This document shows, piece after piece, positions 26,371 to 27,003 of a stretch of 27,003 bases of DNA (positions are counted from its first letter, which is position 1; each line of letters begins with the position of its first letter). Location: IMG/VR virus record IMGVR_UViG_3300048911_000077. One strand, written 5' to 3'. A program made the position numbers and the translations under genes. The notes beneath the pieces were generated by a model. That model was not told the DNA's origin, did no database searches, and saw only the letters and a list, made by a program, of their open reading frames with translations. The stretch comes from an uncultured virus (IMG/VR IMGVR_UViG_3300048911_000077). Lineage: Duplodnaviria > Heunggongvirae > Uroviricota > Caudoviricetes.

Positions 26371-27003
26371 AGCTCTTCGCTCATGAGCTTACCTTTACCG
26401 GCTACTTGGGAGAGCGCCCTAAATAGCCTGTTTTGAGTCGTCTTGTCCAACTTATTGACTCGTGCCAACTCAGCAAATCCTGAGAAGACCTTCTGACTTT
26501 CTTTTAATCCAATACCAGAACCTGTTAGACCCGATATTAACTTATTATAGTCTCCAGAGGCATCGAGGAAATTGAAGCCTATTCGCTGTCCCTCAGACCT
26601 TAAATATTGAAAGGAATCAGAACCTTGCTGTGCTGTGCCACCAGCTTGTTGCACAACAGCAGAGGATTGTAATTGAGCAGAGACAACTTCTTGGTTACGT
26701 CTATTTAGGGCGCCAAGGCCATATCCGCCCAATCCCAATGCAAGTGCCGGACCAAATAGGTTAGGCATCCCGCGAAGACCTCCTACACTACCTGCAACAG
26801 CTCCGGCAGCAAGGCCCTGTCCTCCCGCACCAACACCCGGCCTTACATTCGGTCTGATAGTGGCAGCTTCACCAGCAACACGGGTTGCCTGAATTGTGGC
26901 AGCTGTCATTACTCTGTTAAGATGTTGCTGGTTGACATCAAAGCGGCTAATCTCAAACACTAACCTAGAGGAAGCCATGTCTAAGGCATTGCCCAGGGCT
27001 ATG
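26371..27003 (-). CDS. tape measure protein, 5' exon (partial, begins beyond the window)
   Basis: Frame open to the window edge; ends ...RALSQVAGKGKLMSEEL, the conserved tape-measure-domain motif. Confidence 0.9.

Noticed and set aside
24577..26978. Tape measure gene as a frameshifted pseudogene or as two independent genes
   Set aside because: The interruption has a complete group I core and its precise removal restores a conserved motif in frame
1..27003. tRNA genes, CRISPR arrays, integrase or transposase
   Set aside because: No cloverleaf, regularly spaced repeat array or recombinase motif was seen; intergenic spaces are very short

Overview
This is a 27 kb segment of a lytic contractile-tailed dsDNA phage with a Gram-negative host (it has two-component spanins). 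Gene content and order resemble Felix O1/PAK_P1-like myoviruses; this is an inference, not a database result. The + strand arm (1-12256) carries DNA and nucleotide metabolism genes: 5'-3' exonuclease, HNH nuclease, HTH-metallophosphoesterase, HNH-AP2 homing endonuclease, DUF3310-like protein, HAD 5'(3')-deoxyribonucleotidase, MazG-like NTP pyrophosphatase, thyX, nrdA, nrdB and many small hypotheticals. It converges at a bidirectional terminator (about 12274-12307) with a - strand late arm: tape measure, baseplate, two tail fibre/spike genes and a lysis cassette. The main finding is that the tape measure gene is split by a 734-nt group I intron (25637-26370, - strand). Its P1 U-G splice site, P/Q/R/S core and terminal G are all readable, and splicing restores the frame (MSEEL/TGQIAE). 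The intron carries an Endonuclease VII-family homing endonuclease in P8 and a near-consensus sigma70 promoter in its P5 extension. A second, self-contained endonuclease cassette (own promoter, RBS and terminator) sits antisense inside the tail operon.
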